Assembly: GCA_951406725.2 (NCBI GenBank)
Contig: OX597825.1
Span: 45,136,001-45,200,000, forward strand
Direction of reading: 5' to 3'
Source: Octopus vulgaris
Lineage: Eukaryota
DNA: 64,000 bases
Part shown: positions 12,738-24,578 of the stretch, piece by piece
How the letters are laid out: each line of letters opens with the position of its first letter
Numbering within the stretch: position 1 is the first letter of the stretch
Translations under genes and position numbers: made by a program
The notes under the pieces: model-generated
The model's database searches: none
The model's input: the letters and a program-made list of their open reading frames with translations, nothing else
Told to the model about the DNA's origin: nothing

Positions 12738-13147
12738 TTTTACTCTTTTACTTGTTTCAGTCATTTGACTGCAGCCATGCTGGAGCACCGCCTTTAGTCG
12801 AGCAAATCGACCCCGGGGCTTATTCTTTTGTAAGCCCAGTACTTATTCTATCGCTCTCTTTTGCCGAACCGCTAAGTGATGGGGACGTAAACACACCAGC
12901 ATCAGTTGTCAAGCAATGCTAGAGGCACAAACACAGACACACAAACATATACACACACATACATATATATATATACATATATACGACAGGCCTCTTTCAG
13001 TTTCCGTCTACCAAATCCACTCACAAGGCTTTGGTCGGCCCGAGGCTATAGCAGAAGACACTTGCCCAAGATGCCACGCAGTGGGACTGAACCCGGAACC
13101 ATGTGGTTGGTTAGCAAGCTACTTACCACACAGCCACTTCTGTGCCT
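12738..13147 (-). mobile_element. tRNA-derived SINE, full length
   Basis: The minus strand begins aggcacagaagTGGCTGTGTGGtaag (A box) ... GGGTTCAGTCCC (B box) ...ttgggcaagtgtcttc and ends in a (gagtaaa)-like tail. Same family as 32672 and 45476. Confidence 0.9.
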
Positions 13148-13809
13148 ATATATATTATTATATATTATATATATTATTTATTATTTATTTGAAGAGCAAT
13201 ACATGTCTTTAAGTGCTACTAATAGTTTCACATATTAAGAAATACTTCAAACATATTCATCAAGTACAAACCACATATCATAATGAACTAAAAAAATTGA
13301 ATCAGGGAAGAAACACAAAAAAGCTGAGAAGGCAGCATATAGAAAATGGATAAGGATAAAAAACAGAAAACAAAAAAGTAAAAACTTTTTACATTTTAGT
13401 AAAAAGTAAAAAAAAAGGTAAAAGAGTTATCCATCTTAGACCTTAAATTATAAAGCTGAAAAGATATCAACAAATTAATCAGATATAGGTGGAATTTTCC
13501 AATTCTTCAAAGTATATTTATATGTTTGGAACCAATGTAAATTTCTGATCTAGAGTTCAGTAAAGAGTTAGGGATCATAGATCTGGAAAGGATTTGAGTG
13601 CTTTCAATTAAACATAGCCTACATTTATTTCATCCATTAACTATCGTATGATAGTGCTGAGATCTCTGACCTTTTGGGTTTGTTTATATTAAACACATTG
13701 AGATCTAAGTACCCATCTCATGACATGATGGTTTGGGTATTTCCCATAGGTGTGTTGGTCACATTCTTGATAGATTCAGAAAACAACTTATTTCTACCTT
13801 CAGTCAATT

Positions 13810-14084
13810 AGGCCTTAAAAATTACAGTAGCTACTAATCTGTCTATAGCTGACTTTTTAGATGTTCCCCTAGACCTGAAGTCCTTGTATAAGCCTTTCCA
13901 TTAGCCTAATGAGAAACTCACCTGTATACACAAACAGTTTTGTTACCCTCCTGTAATATTTAAAAACCTAATAGCTAATATTGATAACAGAGTGTCTAAC
14001 CTCTCTTCATCTAAAGAAAATTTTGGGAAAGCAATGCCCTACTATAACAATGCCTTAGCCAAGAATAACTTCAAAGATAATTTA

Positions 14085-14119
<35 letters not shown>

Positions 14120-17100
14120 TAATAATAATAATAAGAAGAAGAAGAATCCCAAGAATCAAAATAAACGAAATAACAACACCTATTATAAACAGCATAAACC
14201 TAGCCGTCACTGAACTGATAGCCACTGAATCAAAAAAAAGTGATATCACTGAGCTAAATAACCTAATATACGCAGCAGCCACTGCAGCCACAAAAGAAGC
14301 TGGATACTCACCCAAACCCGCCCAAACAGGAGTACCACCACCCAAACAAACCCTGTGGATAAATAACATCCAAAGTAAAATTAAAAAAATTAGAAAAGAT
14401 CTGTCGATTCTTAATGAAATCAGCAAAGAATCAACGCTACTGAGCAACAAAAAGAGAACAAAAATACTCCGCAAATATAACATGACAGAGAAAGATTTGC
14501 CTGAAATAAAAGAAAAGCTGAAGCAAGATATCCTTGCCAAAGCACAAAGGATCCGCCGGTACAAGAAACGCCAACGCTTCTTTGAAGAAAACAAAAAGTT
14601 CAGCTCCAACCCCAAAAAGTTCTACCAAGAACTGGGCAAAAATAAAATAGAAGTCACTGCAGCACCAACGGCAGAAGAATTGGAAGAATTCTGAGAGAGA
14701 TATGGTCGGCGAACGAACCACCAAAAAAAGGAGTATCAAAATTACAAACTCGGCATCTGAACAACTTTGGACCCCCATAACAACTGAAGAGGTCACCCAG
14801 GCACTGCAAAGACTAAGCAACTGGAAGGCACCTGGGCATGACAAGATCCCCAACTTCTGGTTGAAATATCTAACAGGAATGCACAAAAAGCTGGCTGAAA
14901 ACTTTAACAACGTACTAGCAGAGCCAGAGACAATGCCTGAATGGCTCACGAAGGGGAAAACCATCTTAATTCCCAAATCAAATGAAACAGAAAAACCAGA
15001 AAACTACAGACCAATAACCTGCCTCCCTACTATGTTCAAGGCATTTACTGCAGTGATATCACAAAGGCTGAACAAGCACCTGGACGAAAACAAACTGTTC
15101 CCAGAAGAGCAGAAAGGATGCCGCAAAGGCTCATATGGCTGTAAAGATCAACTAATGATTAATAAAGCCATAACTGAAGACAGCCACAGAAAGAAGAAAG
15201 GCCTCAGTATGGCCTGGATTGACTACAAAAAGGCGTTTGATAGCATCCCCCACACATGGATCCTCGAAACACTAGCCATTAACAAAGTAGCACCAACAAT
15301 CATAAAATTCATAGAGCACTCTATGAATAAATGGCAAACAGCCCTACACCCCCAAACAAAAGAGGGACTCATGAAAACCAAAGACATCCCCATTAGAAGA
15401 GGAATATTCCAGGGAGACACGCTCTCTCCACTCCTTTTCTGCTTGGCACTGTCACCTCTATCTGATATGCTAAATAGAACTGGATGCGGATATAAATGTT
15501 ACGGCAAAACGATCAGCCACCTTTTATATATGGATGACCTAAAACTATACGCTGCAAATGACAAACAGCTGGAAACACTATTAAAGACAGTTCATGGATT
15601 TACCAAAGAAATAGATATGAAATTTGGATTAGAAAAATGCGCCAAAGTAACCATGAAAAGAGGAAAACTAGTTAAGAGTAACAACATCACACTAGATAAA
15701 AACCAATGAAATAAAAGAATTAGACCAAAGCCAAACTTACAAATACTTAGGAATCCATGAACTAGATAAGACACAACACACACAAATGAAAGAGAAAATA
15801 AAAAAAGAATATTATAGACGAGTTAGATCAATACTAAACACAGAGCTCAATGCTAAAAACAAGATAATAGGTATCAACACTTTAGCTGTCCCAGTTATAA
15901 TTTACAGCTACAATATCCTTAGCTGGACACGAAATGAACTGACCAAAATAGATAGGAAAACAAGAAAAATAATGACAGGATCTAGGATGCATCACCCAAA
16001 ATCTGACATAGAAAGACTATATATACAACTTATAGAAGGTGGTAGAGGCCTTATACAGCTGGAAAACTACTATAAAATAACCACCATAGGACTGCAAAAA
16101 TATCTACTTCAGAAGGAAGGAAAACTGATCCAGATAGCGGCAAAACACGAGCAAAACAAAAAACTGTTCTCAGTATTTAAGGAAGCTGACAAATACAAAC
16201 AAGAAATCATACCACCTAATAAACATGAAGAAGAAGAAGATGAAGAAACAACAAAAGCTATAAAACAAATGAAATCCAAACTAAAAACAGAACAGCAACG
16301 AACCATGATAAAACGATGGCAAGAAAAGCCCCTTCATGGTAAATACTGCACTAAACTAAACGCAAAAGAAATAGACAAAGAAAAATCCCAGCAATGGTTG
16401 AGAAGCTCAGGACTCAAAGCAGAAACAGAGGGATTTTTAATTGCAGCACAAGACCAAAGCCTCCCCACCAGAAATTACCAAAAACATGTAATGAAAAGAA
16501 ATATTACAAGTAACTGCAGAATATGTGGAGATGGACAAGAAACAATAAATCATATTATCTCTAGCTGCCCAGTCCTGGCTAAGAAGGAATATATTCACAG
16601 ACATGACAGAGTTGGAACCTACATACATTGGAAGCTATGCCAACATTATGGAATAACAACAGAAAAAAGATGGTATAGGCACACACCAGAAAAGGTCACA
16701 GAAAACGAGAAAGCAACCATACTCTGGGATATGCCGATACACACAGATAGAGAAATTAAGGCCAACAGACCAGATATAGTTGTCAGAGATCATGAAGAAA
16801 AAAAATGCTTTTTTAATTGATGTATCAATACCGGCAGATGACAACGTATCTCTAAAAGAAATGGAGAAACTCTCAAAATACAAAGACCTGGAAATAGAGG
16901 TAACTAGAATGTGGAATCTGAAAACAGAAACAATTCCTATCATAGTAGGTGCATTAGGCATGATAAAAAAATATTCAGACAAATACATAACAAAAACACC
17001 AGGACTTACAAACACATATAACATACAGAAAATTGCACTACTAGGCACTGCCCACATCCTACGCAGAACACTTTCCATACAATAACCATCAGAGCATCAC

Positions 17101-17185
17101 AACAAATCACAGCACATACCCAAGGCACACAGAGCTGCGCTTGGTAGTGAAGTGAAAGCACGCTATAAAAATAAAAATAAAACTA

Positions 17186-17228
<43 letters not shown>

Positions 17229-17628
17229 TACCTAGTGGTATCAAAAATAAAGTAATAGATAACCCCACTAATATCAATCAGAATAATAATAGATCTACAA
17301 ATAGGCCACGGAAAATTATTTGGTTTGCCCCTCATTTTCCCTTTATATAAAAACTAAAATAGGTAAAAGATTCCTCTCCTTCCTAGACAAACACTTTCCA
17401 GCAACTCACAGATAAGGAAAATATTTAATAGATGTTCTGTGAAATTATTATATAGCCACTGCCCCAACATGAAGAATATCATTATACAAGGTCAATACCA
17501 AGAGCCTAACTGTTTCAACCTAGGATCCTGTCCAGTTGACCAATGATGTATGATTACATCTGTCATATATGCAGCAGAAGTTACTGAAATGCTAAATGAC
17601 AATACAACAAATAAGAAAACCTTTGGTA
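13810..17628 (+). mobile_element. Second Penelope-like element (3' part), interrupted by R4/Dong and truncated in the GIY-YIG region
   Basis: ADFLDVPLDL, YPPVIFKNL..RVSNLSSSKENF..YYNNAL before the insertion. After it: RKIIWFAP, KIGKRFLSFLDKHFP, IFNRCSVKLLYS..PNMK, CFNLGSCPV..C..SVIYAAEV. Confidence 0.85.
14140..17189 (+). mobile_element. R4/Dong non-LTR retrotransposon, 5'-truncated, inserted in (AAT)n
   Basis: Highly similar to 2446-6482. RT at 14702-15709. CCHC knuckle, RHD, RPDIVV, LIDVSIP and EKLSKY restriction-like endonuclease motifs. The 3' end aaaactactg is followed by (AAT)n. Confidence 0.93.
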
Positions 17629-18497
17629 CAGTACAACAATTGTTTTGACTAATCTTGCAACTGTCCATTTTGGGTAGGATTTTGTACATCTAATTGTGTT
17701 GCATCAATCTGTGCAGTTTGCATCACATCAGGTACATGCATAAAGAAGGGAATGTCCTGCTAAATATACTGACCTGTCCTAGGCAAGTTGTTTGTGCCTG
17801 CTGTATCTTGTTTATGACTAGCTAACAGTTGTCCGTGGGTATATAACACAAGCATTAAAGTGATAAAATATTGGGAATACAACTTAAGAAAGATAGATTA
17901 GATTTAGGTTAATGGGGAGGAGTGTGCACTCCTAGTCATGAACACACACACCTACATACACTGTAAATTAAAGACACGGAATCATAGAAGAAAGAGAGTA
18001 AAACTGTCAAAAAATGCCTATATATGTGTCTATGCTCAATGAACACAGAATCCTGCCTCTTAATCTTAATGTAATCTTTTTTTTAACAGTTTTACTCTCC
18101 TTCTATGGTTCTGTATCTTTAATTTATAGTGTGTGTGTATGTGCATGTGTGGAAGTGTCTGTGCACTTGTGTGAGTGTGTGTTCATGACTGTGAGTGTAC
18201 ACTCCTCCCCAGTAATCTATAAATCTAATCTTTCTTTATTAGGTTATATTCCTTACATTTTATTACTTTAATTTTTACATTATATACCCACAGACAACTG
18301 TTAGCTGGTCATAGATAAGAAACAGCAAGCACAAACAACATGCCTAGGACAGGTCAGCATATCTAGCCCAACACTCCCTTCTTTATACATGTATCTGATG
18401 CGACACAAACTGCACAGATTGATGCAACGCAATTAGATGCACAAAATCATACCCATAATGGAGAGTTGCAGGATTAGTCGAAATGATCATCATACTG
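17629..18497. repeat. Large inverted repeat (arms about 17629-18013 and 18077-18497) of a roughly 400-bp element, each arm carrying a hammerhead-like motif
   Basis: For example gactagctaacagttgtccgtgggtatataa versus ttatatacccacagacaactgttagctggtc, and ctgacctgtcctaggca versus tgcctaggacaggtcag. The arms have diverged largely by transitions. Confidence 0.9.
18391..18495 (+). ncRNA. Candidate minimal type I hammerhead ribozyme (variant core)
   Basis: Stem I GTAT/ATAC. Core CTGATGC (A9 replaced by C). Stem II GAC..CTGCA...TGCAG..GTC. Then GAAA, stem III T-GATC-A and cleavage triplet ATC. AATAAA follows directly. Confidence 0.55.
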
Positions 18498-19769
18498 AAT
18501 AAAGACTAGCACCAAATCTATCTTCTGTTTCTTTCATCTTACTATATGTATACACACACACACACGACATATGATAGTTCATTCTCAAATTTGATCCTAA
18601 CAACTACCAAAAATATAAATAAATAAAAGAGAGAGTGAAAGAAATAAAAAAGAAAACAGAAGTACAGACCTAAAGTTATCATGTTCATCCATTGGTAATC
18701 AATGAGGACAATAACTTCAGCTATACAGCACCTCAACAGAAGATACATCCATGGAAGGGACCAGTGACTCACAACTGCTCACCAATGTTACACCTTACAT
18801 GCCTCAAGCCACAGAAGTGGTGGTATTTCATTATCACAATGTGTGATAACACCACAGCTACCATTAAAGACCTGCCACTTATGACTTGAAAAAGATTTAG
18901 CCATCAGCAATCAATGAAGCCTATGACTGTCTATGCACACAAAGTGCATGGTCATGTGGGGTGAGGCAGAAAACTATGACAACTCCATATATATTATACT
19001 TTCTTTGTACCTGAAACTACAGAAGTGGGTGTATTTAATTGTTATAATGTACAGAACACCCCACTACCACTGCAAGATTATTTGTCCTATAGTTAGGAAT
19101 CTGACAATTATTTGTAACAGTCTTACTCACTAGACACAAATGTTACATTTGTGCAAGGATTTCTTTAAAAGTGAGAAAAAGCTGCACACAATTCAGACCC
19201 TCTTTTTCTGATACTATATGAATATTGGCAAGATGAGATCAAGATAAATACACTTGTATGAAAATGTAGGAGTTTGCTAAAGTATCAGAAGGAATCATCA
19301 GATATCACAATACCATCTAACTTGGTGTTTGTTCAGGTGAATGTCAATTCTAGATGACTCCTCTGCTTCACAGGTTCTTAAAATAGCAGTAGTGAAAATT
19401 TTCTGTAGACTACATCTCTCTTAAAGGAAATATTAGCCTATAATGGCATGGTTGTGCAGTTAAGAAGTTCATTTCATGCACATACATAAATGTCTATATA
19501 CAATGAGCAAGTTTCTTCTGCCAAGCATCATTTAGTTTAGGTCAACTGAAATTTCGGGATTTTTTTCTATGATTTATTCAGAGGAGAAATGGCAGCACCT
19601 AATATATTCTTCAGGACTTCTAAAATTGGTGAAAGACAGGGAGGAAATTATGCTCAGATACGAAACCTAACTTGAATGCTCACAATAGAGCAAATTCTAT
19701 TAAAACTACCCAAGGTGATGGGTTAAATTTGCACCACTAAACACAGGAATGAGCCTTCTGACAAACTGA

Positions 19770-19905
19770 CATTATTTCTATCTTACAAATTTCACTCACA
19801 CTTTGGAAGATCTATGGCTATAGTAGAATTCACCTGTCCAATACACTACGCCAAGAGATTGAACCCAAACTCACATAAGTGAAAAACAAACTTCTAACTA
19901 AATAA
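19770..19905 (-). mobile_element. Degenerate tRNA-SINE fragment
   Basis: caaatttcactcac...ggctatagtagaa...gattgaaccc aligns with the 12738-13147 SINE. Confidence 0.6.
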
Positions 19906-21379
19906 TTATGTTTACTATTGAATCTAGTGTATGGAAACTGTGCAGAAGCTCACCATAAGCATGTGTATGTATTTGCACATATAGAAATATAAATGGTTTG
20001 ACCCAGTTATACCTATTTACATGTGGCTGACTTTATCATCTCCTGAGTTTAATAAAATATCTGAAACTAGCAAACACACTTGTCCTTTGGACGGTTTAAG
20101 TTGCTTTCATGTTATTTTTTTCACCAAATAATTGAACTACCGAGAAGGTTTATGTGTAGCATGGCAATCTGTTTCCAATTAACCTAGGAACAGAAAATCA
20201 AGTTGAAGGCTGGTTATTGTGGAAGTCGTTGCACTTTTAATGATCATAGAACATATAAGTTTGCAAGCCATGTAAAGTAGAGCTACTGAAGTGTTTTGGG
20301 AGTAGATTACAGATAATGACTACAAAATATAGTTGTTTTACATGAAAGCGAAATTTCTTGTCAGAAACAGCCACATAAATGGTGTAAGGAAATTGAAGGA
20401 AAATGTTGAAATTTCTCCTCTGTGAGTTTATTTTTTTCAACAGCAAAGGGAGCTATTTTTTTTGGAGAGAAAAGCTATCAAAAGCCCCTTCATTCTATCT
20501 TCCCACATAGTGTGGACATAAACTGAAAGATACATATAGCTTTCGCTAGTGAAAGCAAAACTCTTATCTAAAGGTTGATTCCTTGGGATGAACCATATAT
20601 GAGTGTTTAGAAAAGGCTAGAATGACAATGCTAACACGTATTTGAAACAATGGACAGCAGTCAAAATATCATAATGGACGGGTAAAGAAGTATCCTTAAA
20701 GTGAAACAACGGTATCAGAGGTTAAAAAAAAGGTATCAACAAACAGAAGGGAGGGAAGGGGACATCACCTTTCAAGTAACTCAGAATAGGTAAAGGTAAG
20801 CTTGCCAAAGTTTAATCCAGTTTCAATATGTAGATTAAGATAGTTTGGTATTGGATATTCATCACATATAAGTAGTTTTCCTAGTCAATTGAATCATTGT
20901 CGTAAATGGACAGCAGAAATAGACAAAATCCTTTCACTTTTATAAAAAGATCAGTCACCAGCAGCTTGCATGAGCTTGCTAGCACTTTGGCTTAATAAGT
21001 TTATGCAGCCGTGAAAAAGATTGATAATGCTTTTGCAGCAAAGTTGCAGCTCAAAGCGATGACATCATTTGAAGCACTATGTGCCAGGAAAATTTCAACA
21101 TTTTTGTTTAATTTTCAAATTTTTTCGACCTTAAAAGCAAAATTTCATGTCGACTGAAAATGTGCATTATAGCCCTTCTCAAGGGCTATATGAAGATGTA
21201 ATTTTTTTCCTGGAAAGGGTTACAATGTGATCAGAAAAAAATTTAAAAGAAAATAAGGACAAAAAGCACTCGTTTTTTCACAATGAAAAATCTTTGCTTA
21301 GTAGCCTGAATTTTGCGACAAAATGCATGATTATAAAGCACAACAGCCCAAAGTGCATGCCATTGGCATTAGATGTCAA

Positions 21380-22993
21380 TCACATCAATCCGGAGGGGCT
21401 TAGAGCACCCTTGAATCGATAAAAAATCACTCTTCTCACCATAGCAACTGCATCTTTCCAGATGGCGAGTTTTAACCTACTCAAATCTCTGCCTCATCAT
21501 GCCTTCTATGCCTGTGTCAATTTTCAGCTCAATCCGACTACTGGTTTGGCCGCCAACCTCTGACATAGCAAAATGTGCACACAATTTTGACCCAAAGCCC
21601 CTTTTATATATATAGACTAGCTTAAGGTGACCCGCTCTACGCACGGGTGAGGTTGTGGTTGTTACTTTCTGTTGCTTCCTTTCTGTTTCTTATCGCCACA
21701 TTCTCTCTCTTTGTTTGTCCTTTCTCATTTTCCCACTCTCTTACTCTTCCTTTCTGTTGGACTTTCCCTCACTTTCTCTTACTCTCTATCTTTCTCTATC
21801 TGTCTCTCTGCCATTTATAAAAAAATTAGATTTCCGCGTTAATTTGATTGAAATTGGGCAAAAGGTGTCCAATATAGACCACCAAGTGTCCCCCCAAATC
21901 AATAAAATCCCAGTTTTCACATCAAAGTAACCACTGTAGCGCCACAAAACGTCTCCCAATCAATTTCCCCCCTCAAGTTACCCCCTCCTGTAAATTTGAA
22001 TCCCCTTACAGCCCCATTTAAACCCCTTTTTACATAAAAATCAAATCTGTGTCTACGTTCGCCTTCTTCATTTTATAGATAGGTTTAGATGCCAATCGCG
22101 CCAATCTAGAGGGGCTTAGAGCCCCCTTGAATCTTCTCAGCATGGCAACCGCATCTTTCCAGATGGTGAGTTTTAACCTACTCCACTCATCACGCCTTCT
22201 ATGCCTGTGTCAATTTTCAGCTCGATCTGACCACTGGTCTGGCGCCCAACCTCTGATGTAGCAGAACGTGCACACGATTTTGACCCAAAGCCTCTTTTAT
22301 AGATAGCAGAGAAACTCGGTCTTGCTCGGGATTAAAAAAGTTTATCATTCTTTTATTTGTTTCGGTATTATAACTCAATTTCATTCGGGTCTACGCAGGC
22401 TACACTTTAAAGATGAGGAATTTTGCCCTAGTGGCCACACCTTTCAATTGAGCAAACTCGAAGTTACCATGCTAACTCGCCAGGACTTTTAACATAGGTG
22501 TGCAAATTTTCAACTAAATCCTACCCTATTTACTAACATTTTTACCTGTATAACTACTTGTGAGACAATGTCTGCTCTTTGCACAAATATGTAGTAGACC
22601 TACAGAGATACCCCACATTACTTAGGATTACAATGGCATAGCTTTTCATTGTTTTACTTGTTTGGTTAATATAAGCCGATTTCATTCGGGCCACATTTTA
22701 AAAGATGAGGAATTTTGTCCAAGATGAGGAAAAAAATAGTTGCCATGCAAACTCGCCAGCACTTTTAACATAGGTGTGCATATTTTCAGCTTAACCGACC
22801 ACATAATGCACACATAATATATATATATATATATATATAGTGATGCATATTTGCCATTTGAATATGGCTAACCCATAAGGGTGGATGCTACTGTAGTTTG
22901 TAGCCCCACCCTTATGGGTTAGCAATATTCAAATGGGAAATATGCATCACGATGTGTTACCGCTACTGTTTATAACTCGCTCTGAGATTTATC

Positions 22994-23037
<44 letters not shown>

Positions 23038-24536
23038 TATATACACATTATATACATATGTGTATATAGATACACACACACACACACACATATATATAAA
23101 TTAACCCAATAAATATCTGATTCATAATATTTGTTCTCATGATTGTGTGGTGGTGGTGGTGATGGTGGCGGCGATAATAAAACTCTCTATGAATGCAGAC
23201 AGATGTACAGAGAGAGAGAGGGGGGGAGGTGGTGAGGGAAAGAGTAACAGCGCTGGCGAAGGCAGCGGGAAAAGATAGTAGTATCTGTCAAACGTCCTTA
23301 TAGAGAGAAAGTGATGGGAAGGGAGGAAACAGAGAGAGACAGAGGAAGACATGCAGATAAGAGAATGAGACGAGACTTGTCAAAGTGTGTGTTTTTTGCC
23401 CTAGTAGCCACACCTTTTAAGAGAGGGATTTCTAACCTAGCCCACTCACATCCTGACTTCATTTTACATGTCCCTGTAAATTTTGGAGTCAATCCGACGG
23501 GATCTAGTGCCCTTTAACCCGTTCCAATGCCAAAACCAGACAAACTTTTCGCATTTCAGAATTACAATATAGAGACTAGCTCAAAGTGACCAGCTCTATG
23601 CGCAGGTAAGAGTGTGGTTGTTACTTTCTGTTGCTTCCATTCTGTTTTTTATCACCACATTCTCCCTTTTTGTTTCTCTCTCCTTTCTCTCTCACTTTCT
23701 CACTCTCTTAGTCTTCCTTTCTCTCGGACTCTCCTTCGCTTTCTCTTACTCTCTATCTTTCTCTATCTATCTATCTCCCATTTATAAACAACAAAAGATC
23801 TTGTGTAAGTTGAGAAAGGAAATAGTTTGAAAGATCAATCATAAATATCAGGCAGTGACAATGGAAAGGTCTGCTTCAAAGAAGACAGCAAAACACTAAC
23901 ATTTAAAAGGGACAGACGAACTAGCGAGCGGAAAAAAAAATGTTGGAAACCGAAGTTTGAAGGGATAGAGTCTGAGGACAGTAGAGTCACCATGGCTGGA
24001 ATTTCTTAACGACAGACAGCAACGTAGTGGCAGTTTAACGGCTGGTGTAAAATTTTGAACTTGATGTAACAGAAAATTCCTAAACACCAACTTTTGAAGT
24101 GATTCTTTCTCACGACAGTAGACTCACCATGGCAAGCATTCAAAACTTCTTCATCATGGACGGCAACACATTGACGAATAAAAGGCTTGATGTAACAGAG
24201 AATTTCTAAACACCCGCTCCTGTAAATTTTAATCCCCTTCCAGCCCCATTTAGACCTCTTTTCACATTTTGGTTAATATAACCCGATTTCATTCGGGTCT
24301 ACTCGGGCCACATTTTATAAGATGAGGAATTTTCTCCTAGAGGTCACGCCTTTCATTTGAGGTAAAAAATAATTGCCATGCAAACTTGCCAGCACTTTTA
24401 ACATAAATGTGCATATTTTCAGCTCAACCGACCACATAATGCACACATTATATATGTGTGTGTGTGTGTGTGTCTGTGTCTGTGTGTGTGCGTGTGTGTG
24501 TGCGTGTGTGTATGCATTATATATATAAATATATAC

Positions 24537-24578
<42 letters not shown>

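Noticed and set aside
12738-13147. tRNA gene suggested by A/B boxes
   Set aside because: There is no full cloverleaf, and the sequence continues into a multi-copy SINE body.
20240-21330. Possible DNA transposon relic with small hairpins (tatagcccttctcaagggctata)
   Set aside because: I could not identify transposase motifs or matching termini.
21436-21449. X-box-like motif ctcaccatagcaac (also gttgccatgcaaac) in Helitron units
   Set aside because: Imperfect matches inside a repeat, with no evidence of regulatory function.
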